A stretch of DNA of 64,000 bases from a virus, in the IMG/VR virus record IMGVR_UViG_3300036828_000547, positions 14,661-78,660 of that record, one strand, 5' to 3'. The position numbers were made by a program, and so were the translations under genes. Below, piece after piece: positions 30,642 to 40,148 of the stretch. A model generated the notes under the pieces. The model saw nothing but the letters and a program-made list of their open reading frames with translations. It was not told where the DNA came from and did no database searches. How positions within the stretch are numbered: position 1 is the first letter of the stretch; each line of letters starts with the position of its first letter.

Positions 30642-31793
30642 TCTGTTACACTGTACACTTACAAGCCCGTTGCAGCTTTTATTGTTCCTTGTCTTTCTTA
30701 TCTTTTGTCACCACCTTTAGCGAGGGCTTTGATGGTTTTAGATATCTACGCCACATCTCTTCGAAGTCTGCACGGATATAGCATCGTTCTAGCCGCCTAT
30801 ATTCAGACCAACGTGTAGGTTTATTTTTGATTTGAAAATCACTAAGTATATGAGCTAGTATGGTCAATGTTAAGCGTGACCATTCGCCTAGACCATTATC
30901 TAACTTAAATAGTCTGGCTAGAAGTGTATGACTGGGCAGCACTTCAGCTTGTGCTTCATCAAACACTATACGCACATCATGCAGCAATTCTAATTTTCTA
31001 TTGGTGGGGGCATCTTCTTTAGCAAATTGAATTGCAGCCTCACGTGCTATATCCCCACGGCCTAATGCATTTGCAATAGATATCAGTACGCGCCAGTTTT
31101 CTGCCCCACGACCCTTTGTGACTATTGGCGGCATAGTGGGGTCTAGATTCAAGTTAACTAGTTTGCTCTTAACCTGTTCGGCCCACTGTTCGATTTTTAT
31201 TCCTATATTAGCTAATTCTTCAGCATAAGTGATACTGCTGAATCTCATTTTTGAATAGGAACGGTGCATACGGATAATAACTGAACGTGATAAAAGTGGG
31301 CCGGGTAAAGAGCCTATTCCTGCAAGAGCAACAGGGCCAAAAACCGGAAATAAAATCATTTCCCCATCTATCTTGCGTGGTACAACTCCATCCCTTCCAT
31401 GGCCCGCGTTTAAAATACCTCTCAGGTCTTTATCCATACGCACATTATCGACTTCATCAATAAGTAATGTATGGCTCTGTGAGAAATGGTATATGGTTGA
31501 CCTTGGATCTATAAGTAGTTTTGGCTTCCAAGCCATCCCTAGAAGAATTTTTAGGGCTGTGCTTTTTCCAGTCTCTTCTACCGGGCTAAGAATTGCAAGT
31601 CTAGGAGACACATCAAATTTATTATAGATGTGTGTGTGGAAAGGCCATAGCGCCATTCCAATTAGTTGATGAGGTTTTGCATCAACATGTCGTTCAAGAA
31701 AACTATGAACAAGACCAAAGATATCCTCTTCTTTTTTGACCTTCCTTTTCATAAGTAACCCCTAACGGTGTTGTAAGTGTACAGTGTAACAGA
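30642..31793. repeat. 23-bp perfect inverted repeats flanking the DUF3631-like gene
   Basis: TCTGTTACACTGTACACTTACAA (30642-30664) and TTGTAAGTGTACAGTGTAACAGA (31771-31793) are exact reverse complements. Confidence 0.9.
30679..31752 (-). CDS. DUF3631-like P-loop ATPase (replication-associated)
   Basis: SPVEETGKST Walker A, LLIDEVDN Walker B, LNAGH, ALAGIG..P..LLSRS, WRVLISIA. Confidence 0.7.
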   Translation of the reverse strand: MKRKVKKEEDIFGLVHSFLERHVDAKPHQLIGMALWPFHTHIYNKFDVSPRLAILSPVEETGKSTALKILLGMAWKPKLLIDPRSTIYHFSQSHTLLIDEVDNVRMDKDLRGILNAGHGRDGVVPRKIDGEMILFPVFGPVALAGIGSLPGPLLSRSVIIRMHRSYSKMRFSSITYAEELANIGIKIEQWAEQVKSKLVNLNLDPTMPPIVTKGRGAENWRVLISIANALGRGDIAREAAIQFAKEDAPTNRKLELLHDVRIVFDEAQAEVLPSHTLLARLFKLDNGLGEWSRLTLTILAHILSDFQIKNKPTRWSEYRRLERCYIRADFEEMWRRYLKPSKPSLKVVTKDKKDKEQ

Positions 31794-31855
31794 CCTCCTC
31801 ATGGTTGCCTGTAAAGCATTTTACCATACCCAAACAGGAGGTACAAGTTTGATTA

Positions 31856-32683
31856 TTAGTTTTCCTGTTTGCGGAATGGAGTTTCCACGTCGCACATAGG
31901 CGCATCAACCTGACTAAGTCTCTTGTGACCTAGCATCCTTTCTGCCAATATCTGACCCCACTTTTTTATCCCTTTAAATTCAATTGCCAGTCGTTGTTTG
32001 GCAACTTCATCCATTTGGTCTACGTACAGTGACAATTGGAACAACTCGTGACAATGTTGATTTACTTCTCTTATATGTTCATAAAACCTTTGCTTGGCGT
32101 TATCTGGCATCCGTCCAATCGGAACATCATCCTCTACAACAATCCAAGCTTTATACCCTTCTTTTTCATTCAATTGTTGAAGCATTTCTCTTTCAGCCAA
32201 TTGATGTTTGCTTAGAACCGGGGGTTGTGGTATAGTGGGTCCAGGAAAAGTTTTTTCAGCTATTTCCACAGCATGTTTACGCGGCCCGCGTAAACATACA
32301 TCTTGGTTACGTGGAATTGGTTGTTCACGTAACCCAGATTCTACCAAAAAAGGGATTGTTTCTTCTCGCCAAATGTGTTGCCAAGAAGCAAGGTGAGTAC
32401 GTATTAACACCTCTTTAGCTTTTTCCCTATACTTAGGATTTCCCATATTAATAAGGGAACTTCGATCTTGATGACTTATTACAGTTTTACCATATCCTTG
32501 TTCTGTTAGCCATTGCCCAAAAGATTTATCGGCACTGTGACCTTGACCAAGGTTCTCACGTGCTTCCCACAGAGTTACCGCAAGCTCCATAGTTCCATCA
32601 ACCCAATCAACTGTGACTTTTTTCCAGGCTTGGTCTAAACGTTCCTTATACATCTGTATTCTCCTAAAGAAAAGGCCGCACAT
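31856..32683 (-). CDS. Hypothetical protein
   Basis: Long ORF; likely start MYKERL near 32653 (AGGAG RBS). Confidence 0.6.
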   Translation of the reverse strand: MCGLFFRRIQMYKERLDQAWKKVTVDWVDGTMELAVTLWEARENLGQGHSADKSFGQWLTEQGYGKTVISHQDRSSLINMGNPKYREKAKEVLIRTHLASWQHIWREETIPFLVESGLREQPIPRNQDVCLRGPRKHAVEIAEKTFPGPTIPQPPVLSKHQLAEREMLQQLNEKEGYKAWIVVEDDVPIGRMPDNAKQRFYEHIREVNQHCHELFQLSLYVDQMDEVAKQRLAIEFKGIKKWGQILAERMLGHKRLSQVDAPMCDVETPFRKQEN

Positions 32684-32704
32684 AATAATACCATGTGCGG
32701 CCTT
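32668..32704 (-). terminator. Intrinsic terminator
   Basis: AAGGCCGCACAT/ATGTGCGGCCTT 12-bp stem with a U-tract on the minus strand. Confidence 0.65.
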
Positions 32705-32720
32705 AGATTAGCAAATTTGA

Positions 32721-33335
32721 TTATGCTGTTTTTCTGTAATAACCTTCCACAGCCCATCGTGACTTTGGTAGCCCATTCTGAGCAGCTTTTTGTCCCGGGA
32801 CACTGATTGGTTTCACAATCGGTTTGGTTTCTACTACTTCCTTATTATTATTTTCAGCTTTTGGAGCTTCCTTAATATCATTCTCAGCTTTTGAAAGAAT
32901 CTGACTTACTAAAGTAGCTTTAGGAGGTCCAGGCCTAAACTTTTCTACTCGTCTCGATGACTTACGTTGCCGATTCTTCTGTTTACCTGAACGAAAGTGA
33001 ATGGAAATTACTGTGGGGTGAACATCGCTCCTATTTATGTCGAACATATTTGCTAAGTCCCATGCTTCTTCTGACATGTAGAACTCAAGTTCCCATTTTT
33101 CATCACCAAAGTCTATCCATACATAGATATGATTGCCAGCTACTTCAGCTCTATAACAAGACTCAATGGCAGAATGAAGTGCCCGAACAAAGGCACAATT
33201 CCGCTTATCTCCAGGAATAGCATCGTCTATATTTTCTTGGGAAACATAGATTGTAATGCGTCTTCCTGGAGTTAGACCTAGCAAATCTTTTGCTGTATAA
33301 CGAACAAAAGACGTAGCTGTATCTAGGCTTGACAT
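32721..33335 (-). CDS. Hypothetical protein
   Basis: 204 aa, AAGGAGGA RBS. Confidence 0.65.
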   Translation of the reverse strand: MSSLDTATSFVRYTAKDLLGLTPGRRITIYVSQENIDDAIPGDKRNCAFVRALHSAIESCYRAEVAGNHIYVWIDFGDEKWELEFYMSEEAWDLANMFDINRSDVHPTVISIHFRSGKQKNRQRKSSRRVEKFRPGPPKATLVSQILSKAENDIKEAPKAENNNKEVVETKPIVKPISVPGQKAAQNGLPKSRWAVEGYYRKTA

Positions 33336-33438
33336 GTTATCCTCCTTAATCTTAGTGTTCCCGTACGAGGTCTAACCCTAAGGTACGTACACTAAAATTA
33401 AGTAGCACACCTTAATATGAGAGCACAAGTTTGATTGT

Positions 33439-33873
33439 TTAGTCTTCCATTCTTGAGTGATGACCTCCATCTTCCGGTGTCCCAGGTCTATTCTGCTCTT
33501 CTGTAGCCAGAGCAAGGATTTTTGTAAGAATCTGGTGAGCACCTTTCAGTGCCCTTTCATTTTGGTATGTACACAGTATGAATAAATATCGCTGCTCTAA
33601 TTGGCTTAGATTGTTTGCTTCTGCGAACCGGTTAAGCTCCATGTCTATCTCAACATTGTTTCGCTTAACATCGTAAGTTGCAACCTCAATCAATTTATCT
33701 AGATAATGCATTGCTTTCTGTAGATCTTGGACTCCAAGTTTCTTACGCCATCTAGCAACATGCTTGGTCGTACATCCCTCTAGGTAGCCTAGAGGGATTT
33801 TCACGCATAGATCCCAATGTTGGTATGATGTCTGATAATGATTTCCACCAACTTGACTTTCATTCGCTGGCAT
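33439..33873 (-). CDS. DUF3310 protein (T7 gp1.7-like nucleotide kinase family)
   Basis: QVGGNHYQ...KHVARWRKK.G.QDLQKA.HY; start reassigned to MPANESQ. Confidence 0.75.
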   Translation of the reverse strand: MPANESQVGGNHYQTSYQHWDLCVKIPLGYLEGCTTKHVARWRKKLGVQDLQKAMHYLDKLIEVATYDVKRNNVEIDMELNRFAEANNLSQLEQRYLFILCTYQNERALKGAHQILTKILALATEEQNRPGTPEDGGHHSRMED

Positions 33874-34465
33874 TTGGTTTCTCCCATTTCTCAATAAACC
33901 ACCAGTCTTCTTCCATTCCATACACAAAGGCTGTAGGACACTGTCTAAAAAATAACTTCAACCTAAGCGCGACATATCCTGCTAAACGAGGGCTGGGTGA
34001 GCTTTCATACACAGATTTGAGACATCTGTTGGCAATAATAAATCCATGATTATTGCCTATTGTGACTTGATCTAAACCAAACTCTGCCATTTCTACAAGT
34101 TCAATCTGTTTAAAGAATGCCTTATCAGTATCTGATAAGACTGTTTGTCTAAAAGAATTCCAGTACTCCATCTGGGTAGCTTGAGATTTTAATTCTAAAA
34201 ATTCCATCTGTTCCTTTAGTACAGGATTATCCCGCTTAACCGGGTATGGAATATCTCCGGTAGAATGTTCTCCTATATCGTGGAACATAATATGCTGAAT
34301 CATGTGTAGATCTGGTGTATTTGTAATACTAAGATAGATTCGTAAGATCTGCCAGCAGTGTTCTGCGACAGACTGCTGACCCACAATCGGCCAAGTGTGG
34401 TATCTACGAATCTGACCAGCTAATCGGATATCTAGACGTACACATTCATCATCATTTTCTGACAT
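33860..34465 (-). CDS. HD-domain hydrolase (YfbR-like 5'-deoxynucleotidase)
   Basis: RRYHT, QSVAEH, FHDIGEHSTGDIPYPVK; start reassigned to MSENDD. Confidence 0.75.
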   Translation of the reverse strand: MSENDDECVRLDIRLAGQIRRYHTWPIVGQQSVAEHCWQILRIYLSITNTPDLHMIQHIMFHDIGEHSTGDIPYPVKRDNPVLKEQMEFLELKSQATQMEYWNSFRQTVLSDTDKAFFKQIELVEMAEFGLDQVTIGNNHGFIIANRCLKSVYESSPSPRLAGYVALRLKLFFRQCPTAFVYGMEEDWWFIEKWEKPNASE

Positions 34466-35471
34466 TGCGCCTCTCCAACCATTCACGACCAGCTTGTTTC
34501 CAGTCTGGAGCAGATACTGCTTCAACAACATCTAAAGCGTCTACCATCTTTCCATTTTTATATAGGTGATGTGCCATAGCCATTCTGAGGACTACTTCAC
34601 GTAAAAACGTATTCGAAATATTTCCATCGTATATTTGCAGATCACCATGATGCATCGCATCTACAAAGGCCATGATCTCTAATAGTTCTTCATCGAACAC
34701 TAGAGGACGCTCTATCAATGGTAATTTCGGGCCATAGACACTGGTATCTAAAAGATGGTAGTCTAATCTATCATTGATCATGTCTTTATTTAGACGCTTC
34801 TGTAAAAGTTCAATATGGTCCGTATACAAATGTAGATTAGTTGTAATCTGCCAATACTCACCAATATCAACACCAATTCTACTGGCAAGATACTCTTGTA
34901 AGATTGGAAAATGGACTGCATTCGCACCACAACATCCCCACATCAAATCGTTAGAACGATTAAATACTACCATGTTTAGTTTACGATCCATAATCCTGAA
35001 TGTGACAACAAGATTACATGGCACGGCAGAATAAGCTCTTAAGTCATCTCTACCTGCTCCCCACATTTGTAGAACCATTTGCCGGGTGGAGGGATTCTTC
35101 CGAAGCTGGTTGACGATATTATCCAACTGGTTGTATCCTAGACCATATCTCCATCTTTGCCCATAGGCATCCATCACAATACCATTGGTCGCAAACATCT
35201 TACTAAAATATGAAATGTAATTATCCAGGAATGCCCCGTCATCCCTCCCGGCTAACATCCACATGGCTTCCATTAAATGGAAGAATGGATTGGCATCTCG
35301 GACCGGGTTTAATAAGACATGTTCTTTGGGATATGTATAACGGATTGTAACGGGCTCAGGAAATACCAGTGCTTTTCCAATTCTGGTATCTTCTTCTACG
35401 CCATGGTCTAGAAGAAGTCCTACAGCCGCTGGAAAAGCATCACGGAGATTATTAGCATTGATGACGTGCAT
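34452..35471 (-). CDS. Thymidylate synthase homologue, probable dUMP hydroxymethylase
   Basis: Catalytic PCN; NRSNDLMWG...NAVHF with the Asn associated with dUMP specificity; NLHLY; adjacent 5hmdU kinase-like gene. Confidence 0.75.
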   Translation of the reverse strand: MHVINANNLRDAFPAAVGLLLDHGVEEDTRIGKALVFPEPVTIRYTYPKEHVLLNPVRDANPFFHLMEAMWMLAGRDDGAFLDNYISYFSKMFATNGIVMDAYGQRWRYGLGYNQLDNIVNQLRKNPSTRQMVLQMWGAGRDDLRAYSAVPCNLVVTFRIMDRKLNMVVFNRSNDLMWGCCGANAVHFPILQEYLASRIGVDIGEYWQITTNLHLYTDHIELLQKRLNKDMINDRLDYHLLDTSVYGPKLPLIERPLVFDEELLEIMAFVDAMHHGDLQIYDGNISNTFLREVVLRMAMAHHLYKNGKMVDALDVVEAVSAPDWKQAGREWLERRNVRK

Positions 35472-36300
35472 GTTTGCCCTCCTCATATGCTTTTTGCCAT
35501 TGAACCATTACATCAGAACGCTCTTCCATGTCCTTCCAGACTGACCCAGCAGTTTTGGTAACAAGAGTCACATATTCAGGGTGATACTGTTGAAGTTGTT
35601 TTGCGGCTTGTGTCTGCATCTCTTCAGTCCGATATTTACTACATCCACCTTTCGCACCACTGCCACGTTGATTCCAAACGTATTGATATGATACACGGTT
35701 TGGATAACCTTTACGCAAGAGTTGCAATGTCAGGTCAAAATCTTCCATAACCGGGATACGGCCAAACTCGACGCCTAACTCCTGCAATGCCTGAACATCA
35801 TAAGCGTAGGCATTCATCATGCGGGTAACATCACGATACGGTTCTGGGCCTAAGAAATGATTGCTACCTTGCCGTGCGGCGAGGCCAATATGAACAAATC
35901 CTTCTGCCAGCCATTGTTCAAGTCGTAGAAACATAGCCTCTAAACGTTTAGAATCTTTTATTGTTTCAAGAGCAGGATCACTCATGATAGGTCTATAACA
36001 AAAATCCATGTCATCATCTAACATCAATATATGCCGTTCTCCACGGGATGCAGCATACTCTGTCATAATCCATTTGCGGGTGTGCGAAATGCCATAATGT
36101 TCATTAGGCACGTAAGCATCTGTTAACTTTAACATCGGATTCTCATCTCTTATAAAGTTAATATTGTTGATATAACTAATCCGTTCATTTCTGGGAATGC
36201 ACAGCACAACCTCACGCTGTGACTTCATATCAATGAAATTACGCACTGTCACCTGTTCTTTCCAGTGCCCTCTACCACTGCTAGGAATGCAGATTAACAT
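35452..36300 (-). CDS. GT-A glycosyltransferase (TET/JBP-associated, DNA-base glycosyltransferase-like)
   Basis: IPSSGR, TRKWI, MLDDDMDF, EDFDLTLQLL..G, GGCS..R motifs. Confidence 0.7.
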   Translation of the reverse strand: MLICIPSSGRGHWKEQVTVRNFIDMKSQREVVLCIPRNERISYINNINFIRDENPMLKLTDAYVPNEHYGISHTRKWIMTEYAASRGERHILMLDDDMDFCYRPIMSDPALETIKDSKRLEAMFLRLEQWLAEGFVHIGLAARQGSNHFLGPEPYRDVTRMMNAYAYDVQALQELGVEFGRIPVMEDFDLTLQLLRKGYPNRVSYQYVWNQRGSGAKGGCSKYRTEEMQTQAAKQLQQYHPEYVTLVTKTAGSVWKDMEERSDVMVQWQKAYEEGKHARHQC

Positions 36301-36310
36301 ACCTCTCTCC

Positions 36311-37207
36311 TTAGATATGACGGAACACCTGCCTTGGACGACCTATACCTAACCGAGTCTTTTCATACTTGCTAAACTCACAACAATGGTTTTGTGTATC
36401 CTGACAATGGAATGGCCCTAGATCCTTTAGTGCTTCGTTTTCTCGCAGATTTAAACATTGAATTTCGACTTGCCACTCTTTCTCATTCCAATGTGTAGCC
36501 ATAAATCGATTGAGTACAGCGTTCAGACCTTTCTGGCTACCCGGTCCCGGTGCCGCCCATGTCCACCAGTCCTCAACTTCACGCATGAATGGCAAATATT
36601 TCAGGTCTGCTACAAGTTGAGCAGCCATGAATGGACCTAGTCCATTACAGTCTTCACGAAGCCAATCGTACATCTGTTGTAGTGTTGGCGGGGTCTCCAG
36701 TAACCATTCTTTCCATTGCTCCTCCCATGGCTTCTTACACCATTCATGGAAGTAACAGACAACCCCGACACCCTTATCGTGACCCGGCTTTCCATTTATA
36801 ATGAATGCTCCTGTCACATGTGGCGTTGGAATCTTTTCTAAGCACTCAAGCAAAATTCTTATATCTCTATTGCCATCAATGTATCGTTCGAATACTGATT
36901 TCCCCCCAAAGTCTGGTTCATTAAATAAAGCATCACAAGTTGATATCCTATTGAACCACCGATAAAGGACTGTTGCCGGGAGAACCCACGCATCGTCTTG
37001 GGTGTAGGGGTTACGTATGGTTTTCTGATAATGCAGAGAAGTACGGTCTCGTTCCCGGTAAATATCTGTGAAGCGATAAAACTGTAAGATTCTATCTTCT
37101 GTCCAAGGCCAAGGCTCGCCACCAGTCTTTCTATGATATATCTCATTTCTCTCGCGGATGAACGCGATATACCGATCGAATGGGTCTTCGATGTCAGTGA
37201 TACTCAT
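36311..37207 (-). CDS. 5-hydroxymethyluracil DNA kinase-like protein (aGPT-Pplase1 family)
   Basis: PWPWTEDRIL..YRFT...RE.DR, YRWFNR, GLGPFMAAQLVADL, PGPGS..GL, CEFSKY. Confidence 0.8.
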   Translation of the reverse strand: MSITDIEDPFDRYIAFIRERNEIYHRKTGGEPWPWTEDRILQFYRFTDIYRERDRTSLHYQKTIRNPYTQDDAWVLPATVLYRWFNRISTCDALFNEPDFGGKSVFERYIDGNRDIRILLECLEKIPTPHVTGAFIINGKPGHDKGVGVVCYFHEWCKKPWEEQWKEWLLETPPTLQQMYDWLREDCNGLGPFMAAQLVADLKYLPFMREVEDWWTWAAPGPGSQKGLNAVLNRFMATHWNEKEWQVEIQCLNLRENEALKDLGPFHCQDTQNHCCEFSKYEKTRLGIGRPRQVFRHI

Positions 37208-38763
37208 TCGAACAGCCTCTCAAAGTGATATCGTCTATCTGGATGTACAAGGATAAGATCTTGATATGTCCTAGTCACACCGGTATAGAAAACCCTTGTT
37301 TCTTCGTCCATATTACCAGTCCCAAATCTTTCTGCTGCCTTGGCAGTATCTGAGAGCAAGATGACCTTGTCAGCTTGCCCTCCCTTAACGCGATGGATAG
37401 TAGAAATATGTACTGAAGGAATCTGTAAAAGTGAGTTGCCATTATTCAAAACCTTTTCTATATATTCAACATCTCTTTGTTCTATTTCTACAAAAGCTTC
37501 TTGCCATGTTCCCTGAGCCAGTAGGCCATAATCTCGTCTTAATTCGTGTAGTGTAACATCAATTGTTTCACTTTGTCCAGCTAGACGTTTCAATCTAGCT
37601 TTATGACCATAAGCAACTCCCGGTTTTTTCTTACTTGGGTTTCCTTCACCTGGAAGTAGCTCATAAATTTTGAGAGCATCGGTCGCTGGTATAGTCTTAC
37701 CTTCGTGTAGATCAACCCAAGCTGTGATTGCTCTGGCATAGGTTGGTTTGATACTATTAGCATCAAAATAACGATATAGAATACCTTGACTACGGCAATA
37801 TGGAATGAACTTCCGTCGTAATGATTTTACAGTACGCCCCAGCATCATCACACTCTTGCCAGAGTCTAAGATACTTGGGTCTAATTGTGATATGCCCTCT
37901 AATGTACTGCAACTACCCTCGGCTGATCGAGGGAGCCAATGCTTTTCACGGCGATTGTAGATTTTACTAATCATACGATTAGCTAACTGATGAACAGTTG
38001 TTGGAACCCTATAGCTTTGTTTGAGAACAGTGACTTGACCGGGTAACGAAATAAACCGCGTACTCGCTCCGGCCCAAGTAAAGATTGTTTGGTCATCATC
38101 ACCAGCCACGTACATTCGTTTAACGAATCTTGCTAATTGTTCAACCATCAACCATTGCAACTCACTCAAATCTTGTGCTTCATCAACAATAAGAACTTCT
38201 AGGCGTGGTGGGTCATCTATTTTAATAAACTCTTCTAGCATATCAGTAAAATCAAGCAATTGTCGCTCTGTTTTATATTGCCTGAACTCTTTGATTATTC
38301 GTTGTGCGCGCTCAAAATCTGGTACAATAAAATCATTCTGTAACAATACAGCATCTACTGATTGTCGGGTAATACGGGCAAAGTTTTCAAAGAATAAAAC
38401 TAAATCATCTCCATAGAAATTCGTATAAGTACCATCGTCAGATGATAAGCTGCCACGAATCTCGTATCCATACTCTTCACCAAACTCCTGCACTTTTCTA
38501 CCGGTAAAAACCTGATTAGTGTTGAGACCTAGTTGTCTGAACGCTGCTGAGTGCAGTGTGTTGAAATACCGAAACCGGCTGCGGGGTAGCTGAAATCGTT
38601 CACTCGCACGAGTGATGGCTTCCTCTACACCGCGCTTTGTGAATGTCATGAACCCTATGTGATCTGGTGGGATACCGCGGTCCATTTCCATGTCCACGGT
38701 ATCCAACAGAGTTGTGGTTTTCCCGGTGCCGGGGGGACCGACGAATATGGTGGGTTTTATCAC
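37204..38763 (-). CDS. UvrD/Rep-like superfamily 1 helicase
   Basis: GPPGTGKT, VDEAQD, GDDDQTIF.W.GA, QSYR, STIHRVKG, YTGVTR. Confidence 0.9.
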   Translation of the reverse strand: MIKPTIFVGPPGTGKTTTLLDTVDMEMDRGIPPDHIGFMTFTKRGVEEAITRASERFQLPRSRFRYFNTLHSAAFRQLGLNTNQVFTGRKVQEFGEEYGYEIRGSLSSDDGTYTNFYGDDLVLFFENFARITRQSVDAVLLQNDFIVPDFERAQRIIKEFRQYKTERQLLDFTDMLEEFIKIDDPPRLEVLIVDEAQDLSELQWLMVEQLARFVKRMYVAGDDDQTIFTWAGASTRFISLPGQVTVLKQSYRVPTTVHQLANRMISKIYNRREKHWLPRSAEGSCSTLEGISQLDPSILDSGKSVMMLGRTVKSLRRKFIPYCRSQGILYRYFDANSIKPTYARAITAWVDLHEGKTIPATDALKIYELLPGEGNPSKKKPGVAYGHKARLKRLAGQSETIDVTLHELRRDYGLLAQGTWQEAFVEIEQRDVEYIEKVLNNGNSLLQIPSVHISTIHRVKGGQADKVILLSDTAKAAERFGTGNMDEETRVFYTGVTRTYQDLILVHPDRRYHFERLFE

Positions 38764-38936
38764 TGGCGACTCTTAATGAATGCACGCATTTCTGCTTCAG
38801 TCACTGGCATACCCAACTTCTTCTTTTCCTTGTCAGTCATTAAGATATAACCGGGTTCTTGGTTCAATCGGGCAACTTCCAACTTCAACCATCCTGGAGG
38901 CCATTCCTCCAGAGGTACGTCTCTGATATGCGGCAT
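38760..38936 (-). CDS. 58-aa hypothetical protein
   Basis: Translated by hand (MPHIRDVPLEEWPPGWLK...); fills the gap, and its stop overlaps the helicase start. Confidence 0.5.
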   Translation of the reverse strand: MPHIRDVPLEEWPPGWLKLEVARLNQEPGYILMTDKEKKKLGMPVTEAEMRAFIKSRQ

Positions 38937-38947
38937 GTATTACCCCA

Positions 38948-39718
38948 TTAGAATGGAATATCTTCACCTTTTCCACCATCGATGGGTGCTTCAGCTTTCT
39001 TTTCACCCTCTGCGATTGCATTGCTGAATGCTATACAAGCTTTTATCTCTTCAACTGTAGATTTACCGACATCTTCAAACTTGAGGCCGAACCATTTTCC
39101 CTTGACGTTGCTTTGTGGAACAGTCGAAAGACGATATTTGTGTGCAAAAGCTGGCATGATTTTGCCGGTTGTCGGGTGCTTAAACCGGTGGAACATGGTC
39201 TGCCATTGACGTGCGAATGTGTGTTTTGTTGAACTGCATGGGAATACATATGGATCCCCATCAACTATGAGATAAAATTCTCTAGTGTCTACAATGAAAT
39301 TTCCATTCCCACGTACCATGACTTCTCGTTCCTTGCCATCATCACCGATTATTGTCTTAGCAACCATATCCATTGGTGGACTATCATGACGAGTTACAAA
39401 CCCACCTCGGTTAGGAAGCCATTCAATCCATGTACGGAACATTTCAACAGGAATAGCCTCAATTCCTTCTTCACCGTTACGAATAGGGTCGAGGGAATTG
39501 CGTAACCAGAAGTCCCCAGCCTCTGCGCCTTCAATATAGTTATCCCCGCGTTTCTCTACTTGAGGCGACAATGCTTGTAGAACGTAGATCAAAGGTACAA
39601 GCTGATCTTCTGCCTTGAAGCTTACGCCCCTCTCAGCATACTGTTCTGTGAGGGAAAGGTACTCATCCTGCTCGGCAGGAAGTTGTGTTTCTACTGTTTT
39701 TAGCGCCTTATCTGCCAT
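38948..39718 (-). CDS. Putative ssDNA-binding protein
   Basis: 256 aa, acidic C-terminal tail ending EDIPF; replication context; AGGAGGAG RBS. Confidence 0.6.
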   Translation of the reverse strand: MADKALKTVETQLPAEQDEYLSLTEQYAERGVSFKAEDQLVPLIYVLQALSPQVEKRGDNYIEGAEAGDFWLRNSLDPIRNGEEGIEAIPVEMFRTWIEWLPNRGGFVTRHDSPPMDMVAKTIIGDDGKEREVMVRGNGNFIVDTREFYLIVDGDPYVFPCSSTKHTFARQWQTMFHRFKHPTTGKIMPAFAHKYRLSTVPQSNVKGKWFGLKFEDVGKSTVEEIKACIAFSNAIAEGEKKAEAPIDGGKGEDIPF

Positions 39719-39733
39719 TTTGCTCCTCCTAGG

Positions 39734-40075
39734 TTAGAATGGTAGCTCCTTGTCCGGGAATTCATCTTCGCCCATAATACTTGACCATGAGATAACCACA
39801 TATCGTTCAGGACTATCTCTTTGGTCACCATGGTTATACAACCAGATAGCTCTTTCAAAAGAAACAAGCTGCTGTTCTTCTCTCTTATTTTGAAATAGCA
39901 CTGACTCTATTTTTAAATAATAAGCGACCTTAAAATCTTCGTGGTTTATGGAACAATTTTCATGTTCAGACGATTTACTGAATAATGCCGTACCAACATC
40001 CATACCGATATCTTCATATACACGTATAAGATCAGCCTTATATAAACGGAGTATCTTTCTGGGTCTCCATTTCAT
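39734..40075 (-). CDS. Hypothetical protein ending in ELPF
   Basis: 113 aa; GGAGG RBS; upstream promoter TTGCGC-17-TACACT. Confidence 0.55.
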   Translation of the reverse strand: MKWRPRKILRLYKADLIRVYEDIGMDVGTALFSKSSEHENCSINHEDFKVAYYLKIESVLFQNKREEQQLVSFERAIWLYNHGDQRDSPERYVVISWSSIMGEDEFPDKELPF

Positions 40076-40148
40076 GTCACCCTCCCATCGTGGAAAATAT
40101 AGTGTAAGCCATTATTTCCATGATGCGCAAGCCTTTATAATGGCTTTG

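Noticed and set aside
30642-31793. IS element
   Set aside because: Inverted repeats are present, but the gene is a P-loop ATPase with no DDE or HUH motif and there is no target-site duplication. Kept only as an unexplained cassette.
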